From assembly GCF_036321535.1 (NCBI RefSeq), contig NC_087436.1:64234001-64298000 (forward strand): a stretch of 64,000 nt of DNA, given 5' to 3'. Positions 13,410-27,100 of the stretch are shown piece after piece (the stretch's first letter is position 1; each line of letters begins with the position of its first letter). This DNA is from Camelus dromedarius. Its lineage: Eukaryota. The notes beneath the pieces were generated by a model. The model did no database searches and was not told where the DNA came from. It saw nothing but the letters and a program-made list of their open reading frames with translations. The translations under genes were made by a program, and so were the position numbers.

Positions 13410-13780
13410 TATACTAAGTGCTAATTAAGTGATATAGTCTGTAAGTGCCATTGTTTTCCTAAAGTATCATAGTGTGATTGGGAAGGATTCATAAAGTAGA
13501 AGAGGCTAGGTCAGTGACGATAGATTTAATGGGAGAGCATTCTGAGTATAAGGTCAGGTAAGATGGAGTAGGTTCTGAAAGGGTGTGAATGTTGGTCTGA
13601 GGACATTGAACTTTCTTTTTTAGGCTGGATGAAATTTTAAAGGATTTAAGGGATAGGGAACATGTGAGAAATATATTACAGATAAAAAAGTGATATGTGA
13701 AATGAATTGGTAGAGAAAGAGAATGATGGAAGGGCCCCATTTAGGAAGTGATCTCAATAATGTAGGACACATTATTGATT
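13410..13780 (-). mobile_element. L2 fragment
   Basis: Purine-rich, aaggatttaagggatagggaacatgtgaga..atttaggaagtgatctcaataatgtagg. Confidence 0.5.
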
Positions 13781-16700
13781 ATCATGGTCTCAATTCCATT
13801 GTTCAAAAATCGTACAAATATATTTATGTTACATTTCCCTTGGGTTGATTCCTGGGGGTAGCTGTTAACACGATTACCTCAGATTATTTTGTAAATGTCA
13901 GTTCCCTTTTAAGCAGTGGGATATTGGTGCATTTAGTCACAAAATTATCGTTTGGGTTTGTAATGGATATTGTATCGATTAAAATCACAACAGTCGCTGA
14001 AGTCCACAGATTAAATATATTGCTTTCTCCTTATCTACATTGCCTCTAAGTTTATCCCAGGAGAGAACTAAATTGGTGTGGAAGCATTTATACTTTACAA
14101 AGCCTTGTTGGGACCTACCTCATGCTTGTGCAGATAATTGAAAATTGATTTGAATTTATAGGTATACATTAACCTATAACTCATAATTACTGTCCATTTC
14201 TTATACAGAGAACTGGTTTACCTCTAAGCTTCTGTTAGTCTCCACTAACTTCCTTATTTCATTTCAAAAACATTACAATAGGTAGTAGCCCTGGGAGTAC
14301 TATCTAAAAGGTGCGTGAGTCCTGTACACAAAAACATTTGATCCATATATGTGCAAAAATATATATAGATATGCAGATATTTTGATATGTAAACAAGTAT
14401 GCACATATATATTTGCTTTAATTACTTTCAAATTGCTGTCATTGTTCAGTTGTTCATTTTAATTGAATTAGTATTGGTGATTCAGATAGCCAGTATTTCA
14501 AATTGGAGCAAATTGTTTGGTATCTTCATTTATATTTCACTTGTTTTAGATTCTTTGAACTTCACATTTGCTAAAAATGTTCCTTGTTTCCCATGTAGCT
14601 GATGGAAATAAGAATTATTACCTTTCAAACTAAGATAAACATCATTCTGAAACAAACTTGTGTCTTCCTGATTTCCAGCTATTTCACTTAATTATAAATG
14701 TAAGATATTATTAAAAGCTATGTGACTTCTGTAAGCAAAACACCTGTTTATGTAAACAGAGGTTTCATTAAGAGTTAACTAAGAAGTAAAAACTTGAAGT
14801 GTGAAGTTGGCAGAACTAAAAATTCAGATATATCAAATTGTACCATTTTATTTTTAGGTTTATTATAGAGAAATAATCTCTGTTATATTCAGTACTATTC
14901 AGGAATTTTATAAACAGGTAGCAAAATTATGAAAAAAATATATAAAGTTATTTTCAAGAAAACTTACCATTTCATCTATTAATAACAATGACTTTTCTTG
15001 GTTTTATTCATATTGTGAAAGATACTATACATTACTAGTGTTATTAGTGTTTTTTAATTATTTTCTTGTCCCAGCTTTCCTTTTTATTTTTTTATATGTA
15101 TTCCTGTTCTTTTCCCTGATAATATTCTTTAGGGCCATTGCTGTATATGTATCGTTAGATAAGAAAAAGTTGCATAGATGACCTTGGTAGAAATTACTAT
15201 AAAATTAGTTTTCAGTGAGACATACGATTCTTATGTAGAACTCATAAAGGAAAGAATAAAACAAAATGTAAAGTTTATTTCTGCAGATAAATGAGTAGTG
15301 ACTGTATATGCAACCTTTTGCCTTCATGTCTCTTATATTTATTTTTACTTTTAAATTTGTTGTATTTTTACCTTGAAAAATTAAATCGAATTGTTTCTGG
15401 CAGTTTGAATATTGTTTTCCCTTTACTGAGCATGTGTTTGATTCTGTGTTTGGTTAATGGGTATTTTAAATGAGCGGTGTTAATTTTCATTTAACTTTAA
15501 GTTTTAATCTAATGAACATATGCTATAGTAATAGATACACTATTTTCACACACATGACTATGGTAATATCTGTATACACAACTTACTCCTTCTACATAGA
15601 ATTTTTAACAATTGTATACATATACTTAAATACATGATAATCTATATTATTTTCTAATGTGAATTTGTTATGCAGGCCAAATATTTAAATATAAGTGATA
15701 AAAAACTGTAAACAAAAGCACACACTTCTAAACCTTCAAGGCCAATTGAAACTGAATCATTCACTCTTCAATCTGTAAGTTAGATTTCTGTTTCTTTGTT
15801 TCTTAATTTATTGATGTGGCTTTTTGAAATAAACTTTCTCTGAAATTCTTTGAGATTTAAGAGATAATATTTATTTATACATATTGTTTATATTACAACA
15901 TCTTGATAAATGATTTTGAATCTATTGGACAAACATGTGTCACATATTTTACTGTGAATCCATATAGTTGATGTTTATTTGTAAAATTTTATCTTGAATC
16001 CTTTCTTTCTCTGTTCCCCACCTGCAAGGCAGAGATGTTGCCACACATAGTGAAAATATTCACTGATGGAGTGCTATAATTACTGGATTTTTCTTCTCCT
16101 TTTAGTGAAATTTGGAATTTAAGGCTAGGTGAAACTGTATTTCTCTCTCTGAATGATCATTCCTAATAGCAAAAATAGAAAATGTAAGCGATGTTAATGC
16201 ATTTTAAAATTGGTAACCTAAAACATATATAACTGGCCTGTTTTGCGAATCATGGTTTCTTTCCATCCAGGCCTTCCATGCACAGCCATTTCCAATTGTG
16301 AATGCATCCTCTGGAGGTACTGGTGTGGGCAGAGGGGCAGCTGTCAGGCTCACTGTGACTTCACAGCAGCTGGCCGTTTTCCACAGCTTCGCCTAAAAAC
16401 AAAGCAGCATATTTTATACTATTTTTTCTGAACTGTCAGTTATGTTTCATTTTATGTATACAGCACCATGCTAACTAATACTTTGATCAGGAATACAAAG
16501 GTATTAATGCTCACCATTTTTTATAAAATATTTTAATCAGGAATTTTGATTTGACATGAATAGAGTTCTTAGGGAACTTATTTCCAGGATTTAAAATTGC
16601 TCTTAGAGATAGTGATAGCTTTCTCCTTGCAATTTATAGATCATTTTGGAATAGCAGCTGATATGTAGACTTTAAAATGTTTTGAAGCTTCTGCTGGTAA

Positions 16701-16914
16701 AAAATCTATTATTGCTACATTTTTCTGGGGAAGAAAGTAATTGGACATGAAGAGACCTAAAAACCTATGTCTAGACATTTCAATTCATTGTGAAGAACAA
16801 TTAAAATAAGATATTCTTGAAAAGGAGCTGGATATGTAGGACAACACAAAGTTTAAACTCATATATATTTGGTAAGAAACATTTATGATGGAGAAATAAA
16901 ATGTAGTGGTGAAG

Positions 16915-17200
16915 AGAATGGTTGTGGACCAGTTAGGTTTCAAGTTTTGGTGAGTGGCCTTGGGCAAGTCACTTACAGTCTCCGTTCCTTAGCTTATTTA
17001 CAGACAGAGTAAAGGTACAAGAGTCCTTACTTTGTAAGGTTGTTGTGAATATTAAGTGGATTAGTTTAGTAAATTATTACTACACTTATTAAATTATTAA
17101 ATACTTATATATTAAATTATTACTATTACTTATAAAATAATATTAGTGGATTAGTAAAGTGCTCAGCACAGTGCCTGGTAGAAAGGAAAGCTTCAATTAT
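16915..17200 (+). mobile_element. MIR
   Basis: gagtggccttgggcaagtcacttacagtctcc..gttgttgtgaatattaagtgga..gtaaagtgctcagcacagtgcctgg. Confidence 0.75.
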
Positions 17201-18484
17201 CTTGATTGTTTATCTTTGAATTATAATTCTTCCCGCAGCTCTGAATTGCCATGAGGTTTTAATTAAATAGCTCCTGTAACTAAGGTTCACCTTAATTTAG
17301 TGGCCTTAGCAAAGAAGTTAAGAAAATCTATACTTCTACTTTCTGAATACAAATTTTACTGAGAAAAATATAAGGGATCTTTAGGAAAAATAAGTGCTTT
17401 TCATCATTGATTTTTTTTTTTCTTTGCTTGAGTTGTTTTTCATTCCTACCTTTCTTTTAAGATAATATTTACATAAATCATAACATGACACAAATATTTT
17501 GCATTTAGATTTGCTTCAAAATAAAGGTTTATTTTTAAAACAGAACAATGAGAATGGATGCAAATAGGATTTTTTTTTGGTGATAAGTATGATGTATTAT
17601 TACATTGTACTGGAGTGTAAAGGGCTTGATGTATAACTGTGGATAGTTAATGGATAAATCATACATTGTAACGGCGAGCTGCTTCTGAGATTTAGAAAAC
17701 ATTATTTTACACATTGAATGAATTTGGCTGAACAAGTGGTAGGTTTTAGTTTGTGTGCATGTGCTCATATATAGGCATGCCTGTATATAGGTATACACAC
17801 CTATAGTCTTTAGTCTTTTGTCCATGTAGACTTATATACAAATATTTTTATAACAAACTAAATCATACAAATATATGGTTGAATGGAATGACCCCCCCCC
17901 CTTATTCTGTAAGTGAGACGAATATTTATCTTTGGAATTTCTTTTGTGTAGAGCTTACATTCTCAGGAAGGCATGAATGCATTTCACGTTGGAAATGTGA
18001 CAATGTTATTATAAAAATGAGAAATGTCATTATATGACTAGTAATATATTTTACCTATTTGTAAAAGCAAAACAAAACAAAACTCTTAAAACAAACACTT
18101 TATAATCTTGAACTAAAATTTAGTTGGTTCTCCTTTTGTGTACCTAAATGTAATCAATCAAAAATAGTGGTGGTGGGTGGAGAAATATTTTAGATCTGAA
18201 ACACTTCAAAGAGGTTTTTTTTAAAGTAATGATGACTACTGAGGCAGAAAGAAGATCCCACAAAGGCTGGAGTAGTGGACAAGGCAGTAGGAAAAGCATC
18301 AAAGCAGTATTATTAAAAATGAAACAGAAGAATTAATCATAACTTTGGTATATTTTCAAAGTTGAAAATGTTTTTCTATGACAGGGATTACAGATGAGGA
18401 CACTTGTAACTAGAAGAATTAAAAATATGATGAGAGCTTAGCTATATCTTAAGGCTAGATGCTGAAGCCATAATATACTAAATA

Positions 18485-18625
18485 ATTCATTTATTTATTC
18501 AACTGATTTACTGAGCATCAACCATGTGCCAGGTCCTGAGATTGTAGGTGTGAACAAAACAGGCAGAAAACATTGTTTACTTGGGATTTATATTTGATAG
18601 GGGAAGTAGATAATTAAATAAATAT
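18485..18625 (-). mobile_element. L2 3' end
   Basis: attcatttatttattcaactgatttactgagcatcaaccatgtgccaggtc..gtgaacaaaacaggca. Confidence 0.75.
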
Positions 18626-18689
18626 TTATATGTATAATAAAATAGCTTTATTATGTTAATAGTACTATTAACTGTTCTAAAACTATCCA

Positions 18690-18765
18690 ACTCTACTGTT
18701 CTTCTCTATTCTACACTATTCCATTCCATTCCATTCTACTGTATTCTGTTCTGTTCCACTCCATT
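18690..18765. repeat. Degenerate pentamer repeat (ATTCC/ATTCT/GTTCT)n
   Basis: tattctacactattccattccattccattctactgtattctgttctgttcc. Confidence 0.85.
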
Positions 18766-20416
18766 ATAGTGTTTACTTGATTCTGAATTACAAAGAAATT
18801 TTTCCAGATAATAGCCCTATTCTACTTAAAGAAATACGTTCTTTTTACATCACTGAGATATTTGAAATTGAATAAACCTGTTACTTCAGAATTAGATGTA
18901 AAACACCTTTGATCAATAACAACATAGAGATGTATGTTTAGTTATTTGTTACATACACACACATACACACAAAAACAATTTTCACATAGATACTAGAAGT
19001 TATATCTGTTTTATTCACTTGATCTCTACCAAATTGTCTATTAGTTCCACATGTATTTATTAATAAAACAAAATAGATATTTGAACAAAATATTACAAAA
19101 CAAATGCTAAAGGAATGCAATGACTTAGTTATTTAAACATCCTTTATTCTGTACCTATTGCCTGCCTTTGCTTTATAACATAGGCAGATCAAATGTAAAG
19201 TAAAACATGGTCCCTGGAGTTTGGGGAACAGGTAAGAAGAAACAAAATGATACATGGCTCAGATAAAACTATATAGGGATACTTTTGAGTCTAGAAGAGG
19301 TAAATTAGAGTTTTGAAATGTGGTGTATTGAGGTGAGTCTCGAAATATGCTTGAGAAGTTATCAGAAGGAGAAGATGGGAAATGACTTTTAATTTGTTGG
19401 TTAAAATTTTGTCATACAGATTTTATTATTTGGTAAAATGTAAGGAGTTATATAACTCAGTTTTTCTTCTAAATTCCTTTTTATGTTTTTCAACCAATGA
19501 ATATCATTTATTCATAAATTTATACGCTTTTTTTAGTCTTTTGGAAAACTATGTACTTATGTTTTTTTCTTCTGATATAGTCTTTATGGACCAGACTGCA
19601 TGTACAGTTTGTGTCTTTTACTTAAATTAATATATCATGAGGTACTCTCCTTGCCCTTAAGTATTTCTCAGAATGTGATTCAATGGCTGTTTTCATTGTT
19701 TCTAAAAAAACTGTATCCCTTTATTAAACCATGGTTTGAAAATATATAATTGCTTAAGTTAGTAGTTTTTCCAGATGTAAAAACAGTTAATTACTAGTTA
19801 AGAAAGTTATTTCACAGGTTGTATGTAGTAATCCTCAAATATTTATGGGTTGGCACCCAGTAGTAATAGTGATTAATGTGGAAGATTTTGGGAAATTGAT
19901 GATTAAACATAAAGTAATAAAAAATATCATTTTTATTAAATCACTTACAATCTCATATACTAAGAAAACAGTAAAAAGAAATTTAAAATTCAGGAATTTC
20001 TGTCCATTACCCCTTTTTGTGAGTACAGGTGTGATAGCAGAGCTCTCAGGTTAAATCATGTAATAGTCATGTTCTGCAGTAGTTTAGTTTGAAAACCTCT
20101 GTTAAAATGCAAATTACATACAGTTGAATAATGGGAATTTAATCAAATAATGGGGCTTTAATTTACATCTTTAATCCCTTCTGACTTGTTTCTTGTTCTT
20201 TGTGACTGGTCAGATTTAGTATATTATTCTAGAATGAAACCTAAACTGGCAATTAAGATTCATGAATTTGCTTTTAAGGTCTGGTACTGTAAGTGTGAAT
20301 ATTATGAAAGTCATTTAACATGTCTTACTTTAGTGAGTTGACTTATAAAATGATTAGATTGGACAAAGTTGGAGTTTCTTATTTATTTCTGAAGATCTTG
20401 AGTTTCTATATAAAAT

Positions 20417-20478
20417 CATACACACACACACACACACGCGCGTGCGCGCACACACACACACTCATGCATGCATGCGCA
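20417..20478. repeat. Compound (CA)n/(CG)n/(CATG)n alternating purine-pyrimidine tract
   Basis: Directly visible; 62 bp with one interruption at 20462. Confidence 0.95.
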
Positions 20479-23400
20479 GGTTTTTGGCCTGGAGTTCTGA
20501 ATCTCCAAAAATAAATTTAAAAAACATTGATTTTTAAGGTCTCTTGCAAATAAAGAATTCAGTCTTTTTGAAAGTCTTCACATATCATGAAATGCTTTTT
20601 GACACAAATTTATCAGAATGCTTTGTCAATGAGTTAACATCTTTGTAGATATTAACTATCTTAAAATAGATTGCCTGTGATAGTATTCTTTTTGTCATAA
20701 TCAAGAGAATACTTTGCACTTTGCATTACTATGTTAGACTGCTGCTATTTGACTTATATTTGTTTTCTGAGATGTGAAAATAAATTATTGGATATGTCCA
20801 TAGATAAAATAGTAATATTTTAGTTCATAAAAATATAATGAAACAATTGCTAAATATCTTTAGTTCACCTATAAAATTTCAAATTTTGAAAACTGAGTTA
20901 AATAAATTACTTTGCTTGGTTTTCCAAGGAAATTTCTGAAAAAACAATAAATAAAATCTTCATTAATAATTATTTATTCAGAAGGATTAATAAAATTTCA
21001 AAACTAGAAATATCACCTTCAGTGATGGTTCTTCATGTACTAAATATGTACTAGGTACATGTTTTGAAAATCTACTTAATATATGAGCATGATCTAATAA
21101 TATTCTAGTTAGTTTTCAAGTAGTGATTTATCTTAGAAGAAACAAATTTGGAAAAATATAGGAATAGGTAAATTCCTAAAATTTGATCTTGAATATTAAC
21201 TTATTCCAACTTTTAAATAAGACGGTATAATGCTTGCTTGCCAAAAAAAAAAAGAGTTTACCTCATAAAATTTTCCAATACAAATTGTTTAGGTTACCTA
21301 ATGTTAGTGACCAAAATTCCTTTAAAATTGTACAGGAAATACATTTTTAATTAAGAAGTGTTTATTTATTTCCTTTTTGGAAGCCTGTTATCCATGAATG
21401 GACTCAAGATATTTTATTTTTTGAAATAGTGAAATCGTAATATGATTTGCATGACACTAGGATCTCAAACTTTCCATTCCACTTATTTTTCTAATTCCTG
21501 TTTGTCACATTTTCTTTTAAATAATTTGATACATTAAAAATATCACCAATAAGGTGTTTGTTCAAAAACAATATTTAATGACATAACTGATGGTGATTTT
21601 TTAAAGAGTTCTGTTGAATGTTAAATACAATGCCAAGGTTTAAAAAGTAGATTATTTTCTTTTAAATAATACAGAGGGTAAAAAGAAATAAAAAATGTAT
21701 AGTCAGGTTTTTAAAATGTGTAGTCAAATTATTTTTGTGCAGAGATTGCATTTTAAACTATCCCTGTATTCCCATTCATTTATTATTTAGTTAACAGATG
21801 TTTAATGATATCTGATTAGATACTATTTTAGGTCCTTGGTTTATAATATGGCCGTAAAAAATAAAATAAAATCAATGTTCTCTTGGAATGTATGTTCTAG
21901 TTGGAAGGATAAACACAAGTACTATGTTAGAAATAGAATACTATGCCATTTATTAAAAACTGATATGGAGGAAACAGGTATAGAGCCTTATATGTAGGTT
22001 ATTAATAAATGTGCACTTACTAAACTGAAACGATGAACTTTATATCACAGTCAAAAATAAATTTCAGTTTATTTTATTTAGCTCATATTTTATTATCTAT
22101 GACTTATCTTTATAAATGTCTCATTAAGGACACACATTGAATCTTAAGTTTTAAATCCGTTTTCATTCATTGATGCTAAATTTTTAGGTACTTATCTTAA
22201 AAAACAAATAATTTTAGAAATCATTATGAACGGATTGTTTCATCTTTCTAAGTCACCAGCACAGATCTTAGTAGACATTATGTTGAGTAGATCTATATAA
22301 ACACTGTATGGGAACAAATAAAAAGTAGACTGGATCAATGATTTACCTCAAGATTATAGCTAGTTCCAGTGCCGTGGAACCGGTGTGAGTCAGCTCACAA
22401 GTGCATCCTTTATTTTTTGTTATTCATCTGTTCAGAGAGGCTGCCTTTTCCTAATTAAAAAAGAAAATCAAACAAACAAAAACGTTATAAATGCCCAGAC
22501 ATGTATTATTAACTGGATAAGGTATAATACAATGTAATATTTATGTGTGTAATTAAGTAACATCTTGTTATAAAATTTAGATTTGACCTTTCATTTTTAT
22601 AGCCTTTTTAGAAACATGGTTATCTCCGTTGAATGCATAGGTGGAGATAAGAAATATGATTTTGTCAAGTGGTTCTAATTTGAGCTGAATTTAAAAATAG
22701 GCATAGTCAATTGTTGTTTATATATTGTTATTTCAAGGGTGCCAGAAAGCGCCTGGATCCTCTAACCTCTTACTTTGTTGATGAATTAAATCTCCAGTAA
22801 GATCAATTCTTGGCTCTTATTGAAATGCAGATGCTCCTGGGAAGGATAACAACTTGAGCCCCAGTGGACCTTTACTCTTTAGGTAAAGGAGCTTCTTAGC
22901 ACATTGTTTTCTGAGTAAGGTAGGTAAGAAGGAGTGAGAGTTTGGGAGAAGGGTGCCTCTGAAGGGAAAAGGAAACATTAGAGTGGGACAATAGCTTCAA
23001 AATAAAGGAGACTGGGCAGTTGTCTCCGGGATGCTTTGGGCTTGGTTTGGTCCAGTTCACTAAATCAGTAGAAAAATATATGTACTAAAACATAATTAGC
23101 AAAAGATATGATGACTTGATAGTGTTGTTATCCCTAGATAAACTATTTCTTAAATGTCAATTAACAGAAAAGAATAATAGAGTTGAGTATTTTAGAGAAG
23201 TAAAGAGAAAAGATAGTTCTGTTGAGTTCTGCTTTAACCTTGGCTGAGTATTTTGGGCCAGTCAGCCTAGCCAGGTCTCACCCAGGATAAACAGCCATTG
23301 TTTAATTAGTATAATGCTTGTACAGTACCTGCTTCTTGGCAAAAGATAGAGGGCCAAAGCCAAATAGCACAATTCCTGCACCAAAGAGATTAAGGGTTAG

Positions 23401-23644
23401 TCACATTCGGGCCTCATCAGAGCTGTTTCAATGGCCCCCTGCTTAGAAGCTCGCTTTTCCCACCCCCAGGGTGTTGGGTAGAAAATGTAAGCCTCAGTTA
23501 ACAGAGCTCATATTCTTCCAAAGGTGGAATAGTTTAAAAGTAAAGTGGATGTAGAAAGGAAATGACAAAAGGAGCAGACATAGCTACTTTTAACTTCCCT
23601 TGTCCCTCGATGTGGTTAAAGGGGCAGGGAGAATACGTATAATG

Positions 23645-23751
23645 ACTTGCAATACCCAAGACATACTGATCCTCCTCAAGTATTATCTGTTCATTTGAAA
23701 TTCACGTTTCACCTAGCATACTGCATTTTTAAATTTTAATCTGGCAATCCT
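23645..23751. mobile_element. MER53-like hAT MITE, right half
   Basis: gacatact..gttcatttgaaattcacgtttcacctagcatactgcatttt..atctggcaatcct matches the recalled MER53 terminus. Confidence 0.65.
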
Positions 23752-24065
23752 CATTTAGGGGCACAACACTCAAAAACTTCATCAGTGACACATTAAAAAG
23801 AAAAAAGGTATATAATAAATACAATATGTATGATGCTTTACCATGAAAAAGATTTCAAGTTTGTTATGGAAGTGGGTGTCAGTTTGAGAGTTATTGTGAG
23901 GAAGGAGTGGATATGAAGATTATCTGAAATGGATGGAAAGTTCCAACACCAGAGGTAGATCAACTGAAGTCACCAGCTGTCATTTAAATGTGTGTTTGTG
24001 TGTTTTGTGTCCTCTGCATCTGGGTTCAGTTGAGTGCAGCCATTTTACTAAAGTGCCAGAGATGA

Positions 24066-24196
24066 GCTGTTACAATTACTCAACTCTACCTTTGAAGCAT
24101 GAAAGGAGTCATAGACAGTACATAAAAGGATGGGCATGGCTGTCTTCCAGTGAAACTGGCCACCTGCTGGTTTTGCATGGGTTTGCAGACCCATGG
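24066..24196 (+). mobile_element. MER58A-like hAT-Charlie MITE fragment
   Basis: caattactcaactctacc..catagacagtacataaaaggatgggcatggctgtcttccagtgaaact..gtttgcagacccatg. Confidence 0.75.
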
Positions 24197-27100
24197 CTTA
24201 GTTTTTGCCTACAAAGTCTCACATAAGCAAATACAAAAGGTGCATTATACTCAAATAGTTTTCCAACCACATGAATTGCACAACAGGGTAAAAATTAAAT
24301 AAAAAGTCATTAATGCCTGTCCTGGAAATATAAATATAAAAATATGTTAGCTGAGACATGCTAAGTCAGATTCACTTTATCTGCCCCAGAGTGTTTTCAT
24401 TGTTCCATTTCTTAAATTTTATTTTTTTAATTTTACTTTTGGTTTGCCTTGTTTATATGTATGATTTTCAAATATCTGTTTACTACAGAAATCTCTATAG
24501 TTCCTTTTATATTTAATTTAGACTTTTGGAAAACATTTTAACTAAAGTTCTAAAATCAGAGCATTTAAAATGCATTTCTATTAATTTAAAATAATATGTA
24601 ACTAATATTATAATTCCTAAAGAATTTACATTATATAATACACATTTTAATATTAGAACTAGGAATATGCATTGCTTATAATTGATATGGAAGGTGTTCT
24701 TTCTTGACCACTTAATTTAAAATGCTTTAAATTTTAGATAGAGCATTTATTAGTTCTATGTTCCCTAGAAAACTTATCAAGGTTTGGAGCATATAAATAC
24801 ATTCTTTACTGCCTTCTCTAACGCAGGCAACCTGTTTGTGTTTATGGTGTATATAGTTGGTGAATGCCTCAAGTAGTACCGTCGCCATATTTCTCTATAG
24901 AACAGTGTAACTATTCCTCTGATACCCATACCTTCTGAATCTCAAGCTGAACTAAAAGGCTTTGGGGTGTCCTTTAGAATTGTTCTTTATAAATTTTTGT
25001 TGTAAACTGATCTCAACACTGGGATCTTAATGTCAGTAATTAAACTAATAATTGAGAACATTTATTGTATAAAAACTAAGAAAGTGCACTTAAAATTTTA
25101 CAGAACCCAGCTTGAACATCAGCTTTGGTGATTTTAGACCAGCTCCTTTTTTCTATTTGATGCCGAGTGGCCACATTAATAAAATATGGATGACAATACC
25201 TAATTACAAAACCATTATAAAGACCCAATGAGAAAAATGCACTTAAGGCACTTAGCACAATGCATAAAACATAGAAACCATGCATTTTAAAAGTAATTAA
25301 TTAAAAAACTTTGTGTATGAACTGATACATTCATCAACTGTGTGATAATCACTTGCTGTACCAAGTTTTGGTTTAGATCCTGGGGATGAAGAAATGAATA
25401 AGAAGACACAGTCTAGAGATCTTCGAAGTAAAGCAGAAGCAACAGTTATAAAAATGAATAATTACAATAATAAATTTTTAATTTCCGTAATAGAGATATG
25501 AACAGTAAAGTGTTAATGGAGACATGCATTTTTGTCTTAGGTATCTTTTGTTCCAGTCTCTTTCACTATCAGTGTCAAAGCTTGATAGCTGGTTAAAGCA
25601 TAGTCCTGTTACATTGACTTCCTTACTCTATTCTTGAAATTATTTTTATGATGTTTTAGATCATACATTTAGTTAAAGAATTTCAGTGTTTGCTACTCTA
25701 TAAATAGTTGTTGAATGGATGAATGAATGAACACATTAATGAGAAGGTTGATTACATTTCAGGTGTGGACACATACATGTGGGAAATAAATGAATATTGA
25801 GGTAGATGTAGGTGGAGAACAATTCCTTTAAGAAATGTAGCAGTAAAATGCACTCTGATTTAAAGTTGAAACATTCTGGAGTGGAAGAGATCTCTAGTTT
25901 CCTTGTCACAGTTTGTGTGCATATAGCTAAATCACCTCCTAATTATTTGACACCTCATTATCCCATTTGTAATTTTGCAGATTTTTCTTTCCTTCAACAA
26001 TTTGCCTTTTTCATTAAAACAATCTTTGATTAATTATCATTCTCTCTCTCTCTCTCACATACACACACAGATCTATTTTTGATTTTTTAAACATTGAAGA
26101 TGTTTTGGAACATTGAAAATATTTATGACTACAACTATATAGTCTCTTCTCTATTCATGACTGTGACTGCATGTCTGTCTGCTTTTCTCTGTATTTTTAG
26201 TTACTTAATTGACATGTACAGCAGAGGAACATTTTGTAATTATTGTAGAAAATTATATCCTTGTTACCTAAATGTCGTTTGTCACACCTCTGGCCACTGT
26301 CAAAGGAAGAATGGATTACACCTTGGTTAAGGCATGATATCTCAGGTAACATAGATTGAAAAGGACATGGAGAAGAACAGGGGTGTCCAGAGGTGAGAAC
26401 GTGTGTTTCTCTCTGTGTATTAGGCAGAAAGGGATGCGTTGGAGAACAGAGAAGTAGCCACCTTAGATGTGCTTCACCCAGCACTGGTCAGTAAACTAGT
26501 GTGAGACACACGCTGTATTTTAAACTTTGGACTAATTTAAGCTGGTCAAAGTGCCTCTTTCATAGGAGGAAGCTAGAGCTGTGGAAACAAGGCAACAAAA
26601 AACCTTGAGGAAGCTTTAAAATAGCAGCATGGAATATTGATGCAAAAGTTTTAAAGATATCAAGTTATTTGCCTTTGTTTCATTGAATGTCTGTTGCCAT
26701 CCTCAGGAAATATTGCTTTGTAGAAGTCCACATATAATAGCTCTATGCTATGTACAATGTACAATAATTTAGGATGAAGTAATTTAACATATGTGAACCT
26801 ATGTTCTGACATACTCATACACATATTGCTTTCCTTTACTTGTGTGCTAGGGAAGCAATAAATAGCCAGGCTCTAACAGTCTTTCCCCTGTAGTCTTTAT
26901 AGTTATAAAAATCGCTTCAGGCTAACAGCTCTCTAAATCATCGCAGCATATATTGCAACAGGTGCTGCAAAGGAATGAAGCATAAAAGGGAATAAAACAA
27001 AGTAAAAAGCCCATTGTTGAAAAACAGTTACCATAGGCATAATTTCTTCCATCCCTTCTCCTAAACCCCTACCCATATAGCTGCCACCGTCACTTAAGCG

